Assembly: GCA_025594325.1 (NCBI GenBank)
Contig: JANHCV010000008.1
Location: forward strand, 1,674,001 to 1,738,000
Length of the DNA stretch: 64,000 bases
DNA from: Blastocladiella emersonii ATCC 22665
Lineage: Eukaryota > Fungi > Blastocladiomycota
Direction: 5' to 3'
Shown: positions 20,881 through 33,935 of the stretch, piece by piece
Layout of the letters: the number at the start of each line of letters is the position of its first letter
Numbering within the stretch: the first letter of the stretch is position 1
Position numbers and translations under genes: made by a program
The notes under the pieces: model-generated
Database searches by the model: none
What the model was told of the DNA's origin: nothing
What the model saw: only the letters and a program-made list of their open reading frames with translations

Positions 20881-23800
20881 ATGAAGCGAAAGAAAGCTAC
20901 TACTGCCCGCAAACGCACTGCCAAGGGCCAGGTCGCAACTGATGCCAACGATGTCGCCTCCTCCGCCGACCCGTCGTTACTGTGCGCAACGCTCGCTCTC
21001 AATGAAAAGTCGGATCTGTACCACCCCTTTGGCCAGAACCTCTCTCGCGACCTCTTCCTCTACCACAACCCGCGCGTGCTCAAGCGACTCAACGCGCTGG
21101 TCCTCCAGTGTGGCGACTTGCGCGACGTCGCGCGCACCTTTGATGATGCCAAGCGCAAGTACGGCACCGCCGACCTCAGCTTTGTTCTCAGCGACACGCA
21201 CCCCGAAGTACTTGCCCGCAACCTCCTCATCCTCCACGCTCTGGCTCACTGCGACGAGTCGACCAAGCCTGCTCTCACTCGTTACATTGGCCAGCTCACG
21301 TACTCGGTCATGCTTGATCCCGACTCCCCGAATTTTGGCTCGGACACATGCGCGCTTGCCTGGACACGACTTGGACCGCTGACGACGCTCCGGTCCGTGT
21401 GCTCGATGAGGACACGCTGCGCGCCGTCCGCCATTGCTGGACCTCATGGCTTGCATGCGACTGGACGCCGGAACGGCTTACAGCTGAGCGCGCCGATTCC
21501 TCTGCCTTAGACAAGATCATTAACCAGCTACCCAGCAAGCGCGCTGAGAATGACTCGGAAGCGCCTCAATTTAGCAGCGAACTCAAGTCGATGATCGCTG
21601 ATGGAGTCTACATGTTCGACAGCGAGGTTCCTTCAATTGCTTGCCCCATCGATGCACGGTCCGAGTTTACTGTCAATCCAACAGTTTTTCTCGTGGCCGT
21701 GGACGGCCATCTCACGTACTATGCGCCGGTTGCATCTTCCCCGCTCAACGTCTTGGATGTTGACATGGATGACATGCGCGGCAGTCTGTTCCGCGCCGTG
21801 GGCGAGTACGTTGCAGCCCTACTCGCAGCGTTTGGACCTGGCGACGACGACCATCGACGCGAGCCATTTGCTTGCCGTGTCGCTTTCATTTCCGGGCATC
21901 CTATCAAGGTTATGGAGAAGCTCTTACCGCACAAAGAATCTTTCCTGCTCCCTCAGGCGATTTCCCAGGCACAGCACCACCAGGACCTGCTTCGTTTCCA
22001 CGTCATCGAGACAGGCGACTGCATGGACACGTGCGGACTACTGAATCTGATGGTGTATGCTTCACCGCTGCTCGCTCCGCGTTGGGAACACGGGCACTCG
22101 TACTTTCGCACTTGTACTGATCACGCCCATTCGATCTCAGCGTCGCGCCGCGACTTTTTGCGCCGTGTGACTGGGCTACCGCTCGAGGCGCTACCGACGC
22201 TTCTGGGCGTGAACCTGGTCGAGCGCACGTCCCCCGACCACTGGTCAACCTACGTGACAAACATTGCGTGGAGCGACGTCCAAATGCCGCGCCGCTTCGG
22301 ACTCGTCCGCGAAGAGTTCACTTTCTACGGGCTTCCCGCGCCAACGGTCCCGATCGCGCTTCGCGACTCCACCTTTTTGCTTAATGCGCTGGTCCAGTGT
22401 GCCGAGGAACTTTGCGGCCCTGACGCCGCTGATCTCGTTCAAAAGCCCGGTACGAAACACTCGTACGTCACATTCTAGCAATATCAACTGACTAAACAAG
22501 CGCCTGTATAGCTGGACCACACGCAACGGGCGCCTTGTTGCCCACCCTTCTTGCTTTCGCATTCGCGTCGGGTCGCCTGACGTGGACGGGCAGTACGCAG
22601 CTCACCTCCCCGCCGTGGCCAGACATGCGCGAGCTTTGGTCCGCTGTCAGTACCAGCTCGTGGCTTGCAACGGCTGCGGCAGAGATTTTTGCCCAGGCTC
22701 TTTTGTTCGGCTTCCCGATAAGCGCTGGCAGTGGCGAGATTAGCGGAGATACGTACGTCTACCGTTTCGAGGTCAACCTGATGGATTCGGCCATGGCGAC
22801 GGCAAGTTCTGCGCGCCCGCTGTCGACCCTGCTTGTCGAGGTTACAATTGGATCCGCTGTGCATCAGTTCCGGAGCCTTGTTGTGAAATCGTGTGGTAGC
22901 GGCGACAAAAGGTGGTTCCAAGTCACCACATACGTGCCGCGGTACATTTTTGAGCGTTCGCCAGATCACTTCACTTTTCGCTTCCGCTTTGACTCCGGTA
23001 CCGCTCAAAATTCGGAGTTAGTTACCGCGAATTGGTCGATGGCATCGGGGTCCAAGACCAAGATCGCCGTCGGTTCGCTGGCCAACTCCATCCCAGCTCT
23101 TGTCTCCCTTGCGACAGCGACCCGGATTCTCACTCCGGCGGCTCGTGCGGTGCCTCCTACTTCCGGACCGCTTCTTCCCGTCATCAACGCTATCGAGACT
23201 GCCAACACAATCGAGCTCTCGCTTTCTCGTTCGCGTCCGCACCAATACGCCCGTGTTGATCAAGTCAAGCCCGAGTTGGAGATGCAGCGCTTTGGGGCTG
23301 CTGCTTTCAAGGTAAACGGTAAGTTGCAGGTTCTTCAGCTTCCCTGCAGCGTTAAGGTAGACTCGATTTCGAATGACACACAGCGACGCGTGGTGAAATT
23401 GTCGCTCTTGCGCGCACTTGCTCCCATCTCGCCACGCTCAAATGCTCTCACAATGCTACGTATCGAGACGCCGCGCAAGGATTCGTCCTCGCTGCCCGTG
23501 GCCCTTCCGCCACTTATCCCACATCTCCCCAATCGCTCGGACCTGTACGCGGTGGGAACCTTTGACCAAGGCAAGCAGCTGGAGGCCATATTTTCAGTGC
23601 TCCAATCCATGCCCACCTCGGAGATGAAGCCTATCCCAGATGGGCTGCGCACTCCGCTTCTCGCTCCGTCGGCCAAAGACCAGGCGTGGTACAACCGCAA
23701 CATGTTTATGTACCTTCTCAAGAAGTACCTGCGCGGCGTACGAGTCGCTGAGCTGCACATGACAACCAGCGTCCCACAGCTTGGCCCCCGCTCTGAACTT

Positions 23801-24352
23801 GTTGCAGTGCTTGTTATGCACCGTATCTCGGTGATCCCGCGGACAGACATGTTGCGTTCACACACGCCCGTGCTCGAACTCAGCTACCTCCCAAACCCGC
23901 GGCTTTCCCATCCCAGCTTTGTAACGCCGCGGCCGCAGCTTGCGAGCGACCGGCTTCTTGCGCAGGTCGCCGACGCCTACCGCCACTCAGGCGAGCCCGG
24001 AAAGCATTTATCGCGCATGGATATTCCGTTCAACTTCGTCAACGGCATCTTTAACTGCCTTGAGTATGGGATACTCTCCGCTCCGACCACTGATGTCAGT
24101 GACGAAGCTGGCGCGTTTGACCCAGTCTTCTTTGCTCGACTGAAGCCCCACCTTCGCAACTGCTTCCTCGTTGCTATGTACCCGGTTCACGGAACGCAGT
24201 ACCAGCCCGCTGTCCCTGTGCCCAAACCATCCAATAGTGCTGGCCCTGAGGCAAAGGAGGCCGAGGAGGCGAACATGTCGGACAAGGGCGAACTGGGGCT
24301 GGCCTTGACCGTGGAAGAGAGCGATGATGACCGGATTGTGGAGCTTGACTAG
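20881..24352 (+). CDS. DUF4470 copy D, full length but with a 1-nt frameshift near 21326-21329; intron 22450-22511; ends RIVELD
   Basis: Colinear with copies A and E. Adding one base in the CCCC run restores the conserved EFWLGHMRAC. Confidence 0.75.
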
Positions 24353-24627
24353 GAACTTGGATGTGATTATTTTTCGTCGATGTGCGCAAATTTGTCTGTA
24401 CCTTTGTTTTGTACCATGTGCATCCACCTCAACGAGTGCGCTGGGACCGTCGTCTTGCACGCCGCGAACTGTCAACCTATCCAGACGGTGCCCGCAAGGT
24501 ACGCAGGTACATTCGGCTTATTTGGCCAACGAGTACGAGAGTGAGATATGAGCAGAGTCTTATGCTGACACGCTGCTCGGATGTCTCCCGCGGGCGAGCG
24601 CGACGCGACGCGACGCGTTGCGCCACT

Positions 24628-24633
24628 CACGTG
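24628..24633. promoter_or_regulatory. CACGTG box upstream of SNF2-RING copy 1
   Basis: 143 bp before ATG 24776; preceded by a (CGCGA)n run. Confidence 0.4.
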
Positions 24634-24775
24634 GACGACGCCACTCAGCACAAATGACCACAGCGGTATCCCACTCCTGGATCAGGACGTTCGAGCTTGC
24701 TCTCCAACCTCGTATATTTCTAAAGCAAACTCATGGAGATCTGACCTTTCGCGACTCGCTGCAAATTTCTTGATC

Positions 24776-27700
24776 ATGCCAGGCGCGTCAGCCAACGTGG
24801 CGGCGGCGGACGGCGCCGCCGCGCCTACAAAACGCGCACGTGGCGCGACGAACTCGACGAATCGGTGCAAGCCTGATGCTCTCGTCACCGATCCCCATGT
24901 GCCCCTGCCCGTCGACCAACCCGGACCTGCTCCAGAATTCAAAGTGCCTCAAACGGCCGAGGAGCGAGAACGCTGCGTGCTTGCTGACCGGGCTGCTTCT
25001 GGATGGTGGATTCCATTCCCAGGGACTATCGAGACTCTCAAGTGCGGACACGCTTTGGAGTCGTTGGATCTCAACAGGCTTCCTGGCACGCTGAGTCTCG
25101 CCGACGAAGACGCGCTCCTCGCGACGCCACAGGTCGTTGGTGAGCAGCCAGGTACGTCAGCGCCGTCTTACACACACCGTACATTGTGACTGATGGATTT
25201 CTTTCACACGTCACAATTTTTAGATCTCTTTCTTCTCTCTACCATTACCAACCAAATGATGCGCTCGACGCGGAACATCGCTGGCAGCATCCCAATCGAC
25301 CCATACTGGCCGAGATCGGCTTCCGGCTTGAGCCCGTGCTTATCTTCGATCGCTCAATGGATCACCGCCGACCTGCTGGGAACCCTTGGGATTATCAGAC
25401 AGTCTACTATCGGCTGCCCCCATGTACCAAGCCTTGGACGCTAGCTGACTTCCGCTCCGTCAAGGTCACCGACTTTTCGGCGGCATATTCCTCGGACGCT
25501 TACTTTGACGACGCGCACCGCCGCGACGGGATCCACAAGCTGTTCAAACCGTCCAACATTCAGCTCCGACTGCTTCCCGTCCTCGACGCAGACGCATTTT
25601 TCGCTGGCGAGGACCCTGAGCCCGCCCACATTGTTGGCAGTGTTGACCGCGAGAACCGAGTACTTTTCCCGACGAGGGACTCGCCGCCGCGCTGGGCTGT
25701 GCGTTCGGGTGACTTGGTCTTGCCACGTCTTGGGTCCTACGGTCCTCTGTTCGAAGAAGTCGATGCCACTGTTGCACGCTACATTCGTGTTGCTGTACGC
25801 CCCGTACTTGTGAATGCTTACTCTTCTGATCCGAGTATGGCTGCGGGCTTTACGTACGAGTGGCAGTACTACCTTTGGACCGCTGGGTTGAACCGCGCTC
25901 TCCGCTCGAATGTTCCAGGCGCGTTGCGTGGGCTTCAGCAGCTTGTCAGATGCTTTTCCATCCTCAAACAACCTGCTCCAAACCTTAACGCAGCCAAGTG
26001 GAAGGCGAGCGATCATGCGCCGACCTGGATCGCTTCTGCTGCGGCCATGGCAGGCGGCGAACTTGGACCAGGTTTCGGTACCAACTCGGGCGCGCTCAAC
26101 GGATTTTTGGCTCCATCTCACGAACATGACGTGCGAGCCTTGGCGTGGATGATCCGGTACGAGTCGGAGCCTGCCTTCCGTGCTTTCGGTGCTCCTGACA
26201 AGTTTACGAAACAGCAGTTCATTCGACTGGGCCCTGGTGGCGTCCTCTTCAATCCGCACCTTAATGAATGGGCCGAGCGCGACATTTGGACCTTGAGTCG
26301 CGAAGCTCAGCCTCCAGCTTTGTACGATTCTAGGCACATTCAGCTTGACCTCTCATCTGTGACCCCGAAGGCGGATGTCCTGTGGCCTCTCCTTGCTTTC
26401 GTACACGCCCGGCGTTGCCAAACGATTGACTCTGTTGACATCCACGACGACGCTTCCCGCGGCCGCTACTTTGCTTCGCGTGCGACGCTTTTCTTGTGCC
26501 ACGAATCGCACCTTGATGGCCTTGCTGCTGCTCTCACCACAGCCCTTGGTACTACGGCACGTATTTTTGTCGTGAAAACAGCCGACGATCATGCGCAGCT
26601 CGCGTGGGATGACGTTCGATTTGCCGACGTTGTGATTGTCGACTCCAAGGTGGTTTCATCCGACGAGTACCGCGCCCGCGTCGCAACGCTCGTCGATGTA
26701 GCTGAGTACCAGCGCCCGCCTGCGCGCGCCGAGGCCGCGTCCGCCGATTACTGCGCCCGAATGGCTCAGGCGCACGTCTACTCGTTTGCCGCGGAGCTCG
26801 GCGACCTTGTCTTCAAATCTCTCAAAGCGGGTCGCGCAAAATTTGGCGAACGTCGCGGCGAAGTTGTCTTTGAGCGGATCTGGTTTCATCGCGTCGTTGT
26901 CTACGCGCTTGAAACGTTGACCGAGGAACCAAAGCCGCCCGCCGAACTGCAGCGGGACTGCTTCCTCAGGCTACCACCGGGATTTTATAGCCAGGAGGAG
27001 ATCGATCGCAGAAACGCCAGCGAGCTTGAAGCGCGTGAGACCGAACTGCGATACGAAACCAACAAGCGCGCCGTGCGCCGTGTCGCTGAATTTATTCCTG
27101 GCCTCCGCGCTACGACGACGGTTTTCGTCCGCGCAAACGTCCACTTGTACGATCGAAACCCGGTGTTTGCTGCCAGTCTACCTCCTGGTGCTCCAGGAAC
27201 TGACGCACTTGGGTGGAGCCACTTGGTTGCCAAGCTTACTTGCACCCGTTCACGTCCCGCAGCCCCTTATTGCCCCGTTGTGCACAACGTTTATACGGTT
27301 CAGCTGAGTACTGCCGAAATTCTACTTGCCCACAGGACGCTTATCAATGCGGTGCCGCGGACAACGCGCATGTATCTCCGAGACTTCCAGAACCATCAAC
27401 TCGGGCTGCTGGCCGCAGCGTGTTTAAAAGGCGTTCCGTACCAGCTCAAGTCCGTGAGCGCTTTGACTCACGAGCTTCGCCATAAGGCCCTTGTCTGTCT
27501 TGAAGGTTTCTCTCGCGTGATCGCGGTGTGTGAAGCGGCACTTGTTACAGCTCAAACCGCCGCACGACACGCAGTTCAAGATTGGCCTGCTGGCCGCCGC
27601 TGGCTCCTTTGCAATGGGCTCACTGCATCTGACCTCGCTTTTCCTTACGCCAGTTCTGTGTCGCTGCAGCCTTTGACGCAAGGGTTTGAGGAGATTGCAC

Positions 27701-28503
27701 CTGACGACCAAGCTCGCCTTCGATTGCTTATTTCACCTGTCAAGGAATCCCACGAGCGTCTCATGAACGCCCTCCATTTGCGAGATGTATTTAATGCCCC
27801 AGCGCCACTGCTCCAGGTCGCAGGAGCCATGTTTGATCCAAACGTTGCTGCGAGTGCAACCTGCTCGTGCTGTTCGACTGTCTTCGATGCCAAGTGGACG
27901 GGCTTTGCCATCACGCCGTGCGCTCATTTCGTTTGCAGCAACTGTGCCGTTCCTGAGACGTGCGCAACTTGCCAAAAACCCATTGAACCTCGCTTTGTGT
28001 CGCGCGCTCCGAGCGGCCCTGTTGCGTACATGGAGTACGGATCGAAGGTGCACAGCATTGCGGCTTACGTGCAGTTTGCGCTTGCAAACACAGCTCAACC
28101 CAAGATTGTTGTCTGGACGCAGTACTCGGGGATCGCACCTTTGCTTTTGGCGCTTCTCAATCGCGACGTTGGCATCATCAAGTTCATCGATGGCGCCTGG
28201 GCCAATATTGTCACCATCACGGCCGCGACACACGAGTTTGACAGCCATACGGGCCCCGTGGTCGCTGTTCTGCACGCCGATGGTCCCCTTGACCACACCA
28301 AGCTCGAGTCCGCAACGCACGTTGTATTAGCGCACCCGCTGCTTGCGCCGACACTGCAGGCCGCTCGAGATCTCGAGATGCGCGTCCTCGCGCGGACCGT
28401 GGTCCCGGGGAAAACGGAGACGGTCCAAGTTGCGCGGTTCGTCGCCGCGGGAACGGCCGAGATCCAGCTTACAGAGGAGCGGACGCGGCTCCCGTGGACT
28501 TGA
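24776..28503 (+). CDS. Degenerate SNF2 (Rad5/16-like) helicase with C3HC4 RING, copy 1; intron from 25152 or 25156 to 25223
   Basis: RALAWMIRYE, SRATLFLC, IWFHRVVV, CSCC...PCAHFVCSNC...CATC, YGSKV...KIVVWTQY, THVVLAHPLL...VQVARFVAAGTAE. The reading frame across the intron is ambiguous. Confidence 0.75.
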
Positions 28504-28650
28504 AGCAGTTTGAGTTTGTTAGTTATGCCTGTCGAGACAAATGAGTAACACGTTTGCGTATACTTGAATAAGGCTTTCCGTAGGAGAAACTAAGGATAGG
28601 CTTTGACCCGAGCTTGACCCGACCGCGAGGCGCGAGACGCGCCGAACAAA

Positions 28651-28656
28651 CACGTG
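28651..28656. promoter_or_regulatory. CACGTG box upstream of SNF2-RING copy 2
   Basis: 126 bp before ATG 28782; CGCGAGACGCG upstream. Confidence 0.4.
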
Positions 28657-28781
28657 ATCAACCGGGAGGCCGCTCGCGGCCGACTTCGGCGCCGCTCTCG
28701 CGCAGGTCTCCGCGCTCCTCCGTCTCGCCTCCAGACCATGTATTGTTGTATCTAACTTGCTGCATTGTTGTTTGCTTGAAC

Positions 28782-31700
28782 ATGCCGAGGGCTCCCGCCA
28801 AAAACCCGGCTGACGGAGCTGCGGCGCCGGCCAAGCGCACTCGGCCCGCTTCGACCCCGGCTGCTACGCCCCCCAAGCGAGCCAAGCTTTCTGCCCCTAC
28901 CGAATCTGCGCAGCTTCCGCTTGCTGTTGGCGACCCAGTCCCGATCGGCGACCTGCCATCTGCTGAGCAGTGCGAGCGCCTTCTCCAAAACGAGCGGGCT
29001 GCGTCTGGCTGGTGGGTGCCGTTCCCCGGCGTGGCCAAATCCGTAGTCGACGAAACCACCGGGCCCGTTCCCACCTACCTCCTCGCCGACGAAGATACGA
29101 CGTTCGCTCGCGATTTCCTCTCGAGTGAGCTGCGGGCCAATTTTGCACCAGCCGACAACTCTCAGCCTGGTACGTGAGCGTTGCGTGTCGTCCTCATACA
29201 GAGCTGGCACTAACGTGGAGAATACCCTAGACCTATACATTGGGTCTGCTACGGCCCACCTCCTCTCGCGGATTCCCATTGATCCCGCGCTTCTTGACGA
29301 GAAACACCGCCTCAAGGGTGATGCAGAGACTCCGATTCTTGGCAAACTCAGGCTTCGCTTTGAGCCCCTCCTCGCGCTTTCTCGCCCAGCGTCTGACCGT
29401 CCGGCCTCCAACCAACCTGCTCAGCGTCACCGAGGTGCTTCCCTTCCTCACAGCGCCGCTCGGTCCGAAACCGTGTACTACCGCCTGTCCCAGGACGAGG
29501 ATTTGTGGGAGTCCGATGCACTCGAATTTCTCGAGGTGACGGAGTTCTCCAAGTCCTACAAGCTCGACCCCTACTTTCAGAAGCGTCGCCGCAACGAGAT
29601 CACGAAACTTCTTGAGCCGGCCAAAACTCGGCTCACTACGTTCGCCGAGCTAGATGGTGACGCTGCTTTCGCCAGTGATAACCCCGAGCCCGTCGAACTG
29701 GCCAACTCGGACCCCGACCCGCTCATCCTTGGCGCTCGCGATTGGTCGCCGCGGTGGGCGATGCGCTCGGGTAATTTGGTCGTCCCTGCGCTGAGCGGCG
29801 CTCATCCGCTGCTACCCCAGGTCGATGCTTACTTCGCGCGTTACTTGTGCGTCGTTGTCCGACCCGTCGCGCGCCAACAGTACCCAGCAACGCGGTCCGA
29901 TGGGAGGCCGTACGTGTACGCGCTTGACGTTTACTTGCGCACGGCGGACCTGAATCGCGACCTTCGCGGCTGCGCTCGCGGCGCTCTGGATGCAGCGGGC
30001 AAAGTCTTCCGCGCGTTTCCACTACCTGGAATGCCCAGCACCGTCACAAAGCGGCCCGTGCTGATGCCCAAGTCGAACAAGGATCTCGCTCCCGCGTGGC
30101 CTACCGAGGCCAACGGTTCCAGTGGCACGCTTGACGGTTTCCGCCTTGCTTTGAGTGAGGAGGAGACCCGTACACTAGCTTGGCTTGTCACGCGCGAAGC
30201 GGATCCGATGTCATATGCTGCTCCTGCTCTCAACCAGCGTATGGATTTGCCTTACATTCGCCTTGGACCAGGCGGTGTCGCCTTCAATCCGCGCCTGGGC
30301 GAATGGGCGGAGCGCGACATCTGGGATTCATCCGAGATCGTGGTCACCCCCACGCGACACTTTTTTGTCGAGATGCGAATGGACGCCAAAAAGCTTGCCC
30401 CATTTCTTGCGCTTGCCCACCTGCGACCATGCGCGTCGCCCAGTGACGTTTTCATTGAACACGAGGCAGATCGCGCCAGCTACGTCCCTTCGCGGGCCAC
30501 CTTGATTTTTTGCCCCTCCAGCCGGATTTCAGATACTCTCGAGTTGATCAAGTCGGCACTTCCCGAGTCCACTCGCGTTGTTGTGGTCCAGGACGCGGGC
30601 TCATACGCGAACTTGACGTGGAGCCAACTGCAGCTGGCCGACTTTGTCGTCCTCTCAGCTAATTTTCTGTGGTCTCTGAAGGACTACCGGACCGCCGTAC
30701 GCAGTATTATCAACCAGTCTGAGTACCACCGCCCACTCTCGCTTGCCGAGTCGGTCGCTGTTGACGATGTTTTGAGTGCCGAGTCCATGACGGCGATTCG
30801 CGCGTTTGCTGCCGCCCTCGCCGGCCACGTTCGGCAGATGCTTTCGGCAGATCCTGTCGAGTACAGCCAGCTTGCCGGCCGGGTTGTCTTCGAGCGAACA
30901 TGGTTCCACCGCGTTGTTGTTGTTGGCTCGGAGGAGCTGCTTGTTGAGCCAAAGGAACCCGTCCAGGAGCGATGCCCTCATTCCGATTTCGATTATGAAG
31001 CCAGCTTTTCTTCGGATTCAGAAGATCAGATGATGAGGTACAACAACTATTTTGGCATGCGGAAGTGGGACTACAAGTCGACGAAGTGGAACCGCAAGAG
31101 CATGGACAAACGTCGCCAGCGCCGCGCGGAGGAGATCGACAAGGATATCACCGCATGGGAAAACCGGCAGAGAGAAGCTCAGCGCAAGCACGACCTTGGC
31201 TTAGCGCGGTCTCAGTTCTTGACTGGCTTCCTCCCCGGGCTCCGTGGGACCACTACGATCCACTTGTCGAGCTGGCGCCAGGCCAGTTCAATCCACCAGT
31301 TGCCCGCCTTTGCTGCCAGCCTCCCACTGCGCAGCGACAAGCTTGAGTGGAACAAGTTTTCGCACACCATCCGCTTCAATCTTGTCGCCGAGCCGGCCTG
31401 GCACACGCGCATCGAGCACGCCGTTCATCACGTCCACCCATCGCCTGCCGAGGTTCTCCTTGCCCACGCGGCCGTGACTTACGCTGCGCCGCTCTCCATG
31501 CACCGTTACCTCAGGGGTTTCCAGCACCACCAGCTCGCGCCTTCCGCCTTGGCCCCGCTCAGTGACGGCCTTGTGGCCGTGTCCACTTTTACCCAGCGGC
31601 TCCACGACGCTACGCAGGCCGAACTTGAAGCGCTCGAGCGCACCGTGACCGCTGCCGCCGCGGGACTTGAGAACGTTCGGTCCTCGATCCGCGACGTCGT

Positions 31701-32715
31701 CCGCAAGTCGCCCACGGCCCGTCGCTGGTTCTTGCAGCACGGGCTCACGCAATCGGACCTCGCTCTTGCCAATACGAAGTCGCTCAGCGCGCCCGCGCGT
31801 GTTCTTAGCCCACGCCTTCAGCAGCTTGGCGACGAGGCCCAGCTCCGCGCGTTGGTCGTGCAGGTCCAAAACTGGCGACTGCGTCTTGAACACGCGGTCC
31901 GCGATCGTGACGCTCACGTTGCTGCTGCTCGACTTGTCTCCGCCGCTGCTTCGCTTTCAGATCAGTCCGCTACGACCGTTGCGCTGGCTTGCGGGCGCTG
32001 CCAGGCTGAAATCAACGTGCAGAACGACTCCTTCGCGGTCACGCCATGCAACCACGCCTTTTGCACCAATTGCCACAGCACTGCAGCCGCTCAGTGCGCA
32101 GCGTGCGGCAAGGCAATTGATCCCCGCTTCGTGACAACGCATTCCGCCGGCGAAGACGCTAATAATGCTTTGGAGCACGGCTCCAAGCTTTCAGCAATCG
32201 CGTCGTACATCCGTTCAGCGGTCCAAGGATCCACCCACGAGCCGTCACGCACCAAGATTATCGTGTGGACGCAGTACGCGGGCTTCGCAGCCGCTCTCAC
32301 CTGCGAGCTCGAGGGACCCGGCGGGATCAAGCTGGTTGACGGCACACAAGGCTTTGTGGCGGCAGCGCGGAACTTCAACGACCACGCGGGACCGTCGGTC
32401 CTGGTCCTTCTCCCTGAAAATGGCGTCCACCTTGGCCGATCCGCGCTCTGCACCGCGAGCCACGTCGTGTTCGCGCACCCGCTGATTGCCCTAACCGAGC
32501 ACGCAGCACGCGAGCTCGAGATGAGCGTTTTCGCCCTCACAATCGCTCCCGGCGTACTGCCGCGCGCTTCCGCGGGAGGTAGCAGTAGCTCTGCGGCTGT
32601 GTACATGTCTCGCGAACACCTGCCTGATCGCGTTCGAGTCGCCCGGTTCGTGGCCGCGGGAACGGCCGAGGTCGAGATGACCAGGGCGCAGGCTCAGGCA
32701 CCATGGGCGGCGTGA
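28782..32715 (+). CDS. Degenerate SNF2 helicase with C3HC4 RING, copy 2, 1290 aa; exons 28782-29169 and 29231-32715
   Basis: RTLAWLVTRE, SRATLIFCP, TWFHRVVVVG, CGRC...PCNHAFCTNC...CAAC, HGSKL...KIIVWTQY, SHVVFAHPLI. The GTACGT...TAG intron restores the frame. Confidence 0.85.
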
Positions 32716-33231
32716 CGATCTTGCGTGCGCGCAGTTGATGGCGGAAGGGTGGTTTTGAGGGATTTGTATCGTTATTTACGATTTCTTGTTTAACCGTGGA
32801 ATGTGAGGCTTGTGATTCGTACATACGCAAGCACCAACTTCAGTCTCACAATCAGGAACGAGGGTCCTGTCCACCGCATGAGACTGTCATCATTCACCGG
32901 TGAAAAACATCGAACATTTCGCAGTTTCTGGTTAGCCAACAATTATTGCTCCTTCGATTACTCGTTTCACCACTGAACTTCATGCACTGACGCAACGCTG
33001 CTGACCACCTTGGCGCCGCTGCTTCTGGAATATGCTGAAATTACTTGATCCGACCGTTGCTCCGTTGCTGACGTGCTCCCATGCTGTTTGGCTCTCATTG
33101 ACGCGACGAGTTTCAGGCAATAGCGAGGGCCGCGTTTACGGCACTCAGGACCTGAAATTGGACATTCCCGCTCATCATGTTCTAGATCAGACGAACCGTG
33201 GTAGGGTCAGAAAACTCCAATTGGACGCAAG

Positions 33232-33935
33232 TTAAGTGAAGCGTACAACTGGTGGAAGTGCAGTCGGAATCACGGCAGCCGCTGTGACCACGAGTTCCGC
33301 GACGCTGGCAGGCATGCGAAGTGAGACCGCGGGTTCCGTTGGAGCGGCGGGGAGAGGCTGTCCAACGGCCTCGAGCAGTTCCACGATTTCGTCAAAGCTT
33401 GGTCGCTTTGAATGATCGCCGTTCCAGCAGGCTTCAATGAGCGGCCTCATGCCCGCTCCGTAATCGGTGGCCATGTCCTTGGGCATTGTTGGGCGAATAC
33501 CCGCCTGGCAGACGGCCTCGGCGGCCTCGGTTTGGGATAAGAGCTCACTCAGCTCCTTTTTGGCAACGCAGATGCCGCGCGGAAGATAGATACACTTGGT
33601 AACGCGACCGTAACCGCCGGAACCCAGTTTCTCTTGCCGTAGTGGTGTGACGACGTCGTAGTCGGTCAACGCCAAGTTAGAAGCCGCGTTGATCCGTTCC
33701 ATAGCATGTTTTTCGAGTCCCGGGACGCGTGAAAGTAGAATGGAGCGAATTTGAGCGAGGATCGAGTCTGTGCCTGCAGAGAGGGTAGCGTGTGGGCGCT
33801 GGAAAGCGAGTTCGATGGCTGCAAAGGCATCGACCGCGGTCTCGATCGTCAAACCATAGTTGATCTCGAACAGCTTCTCGGGGGATAGCGAACCGAGGAA
33901 GTCAGAATGCTCGCATAATCGCTTCTCTTTTGGTT
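33232..33935 (-). pseudogene. Protein kinase (TKL-like) remnant lacking subdomains III-IX
   Basis: LGSGGYGRV...VAKKEL is followed directly by VCQAGIRP...LIEACWNGDHSKRPSFDEIVELLE. No HRD, DFG or APE motif. Confidence 0.75.

Noticed and set aside
20881-28503. Idea that DUF4470 D + SNF2-RING is a split DNMT5
   Set aside because: No cytosine-methyltransferase motifs (PC, ENV) in the DUF4470 proteins; kept only as an analogy.
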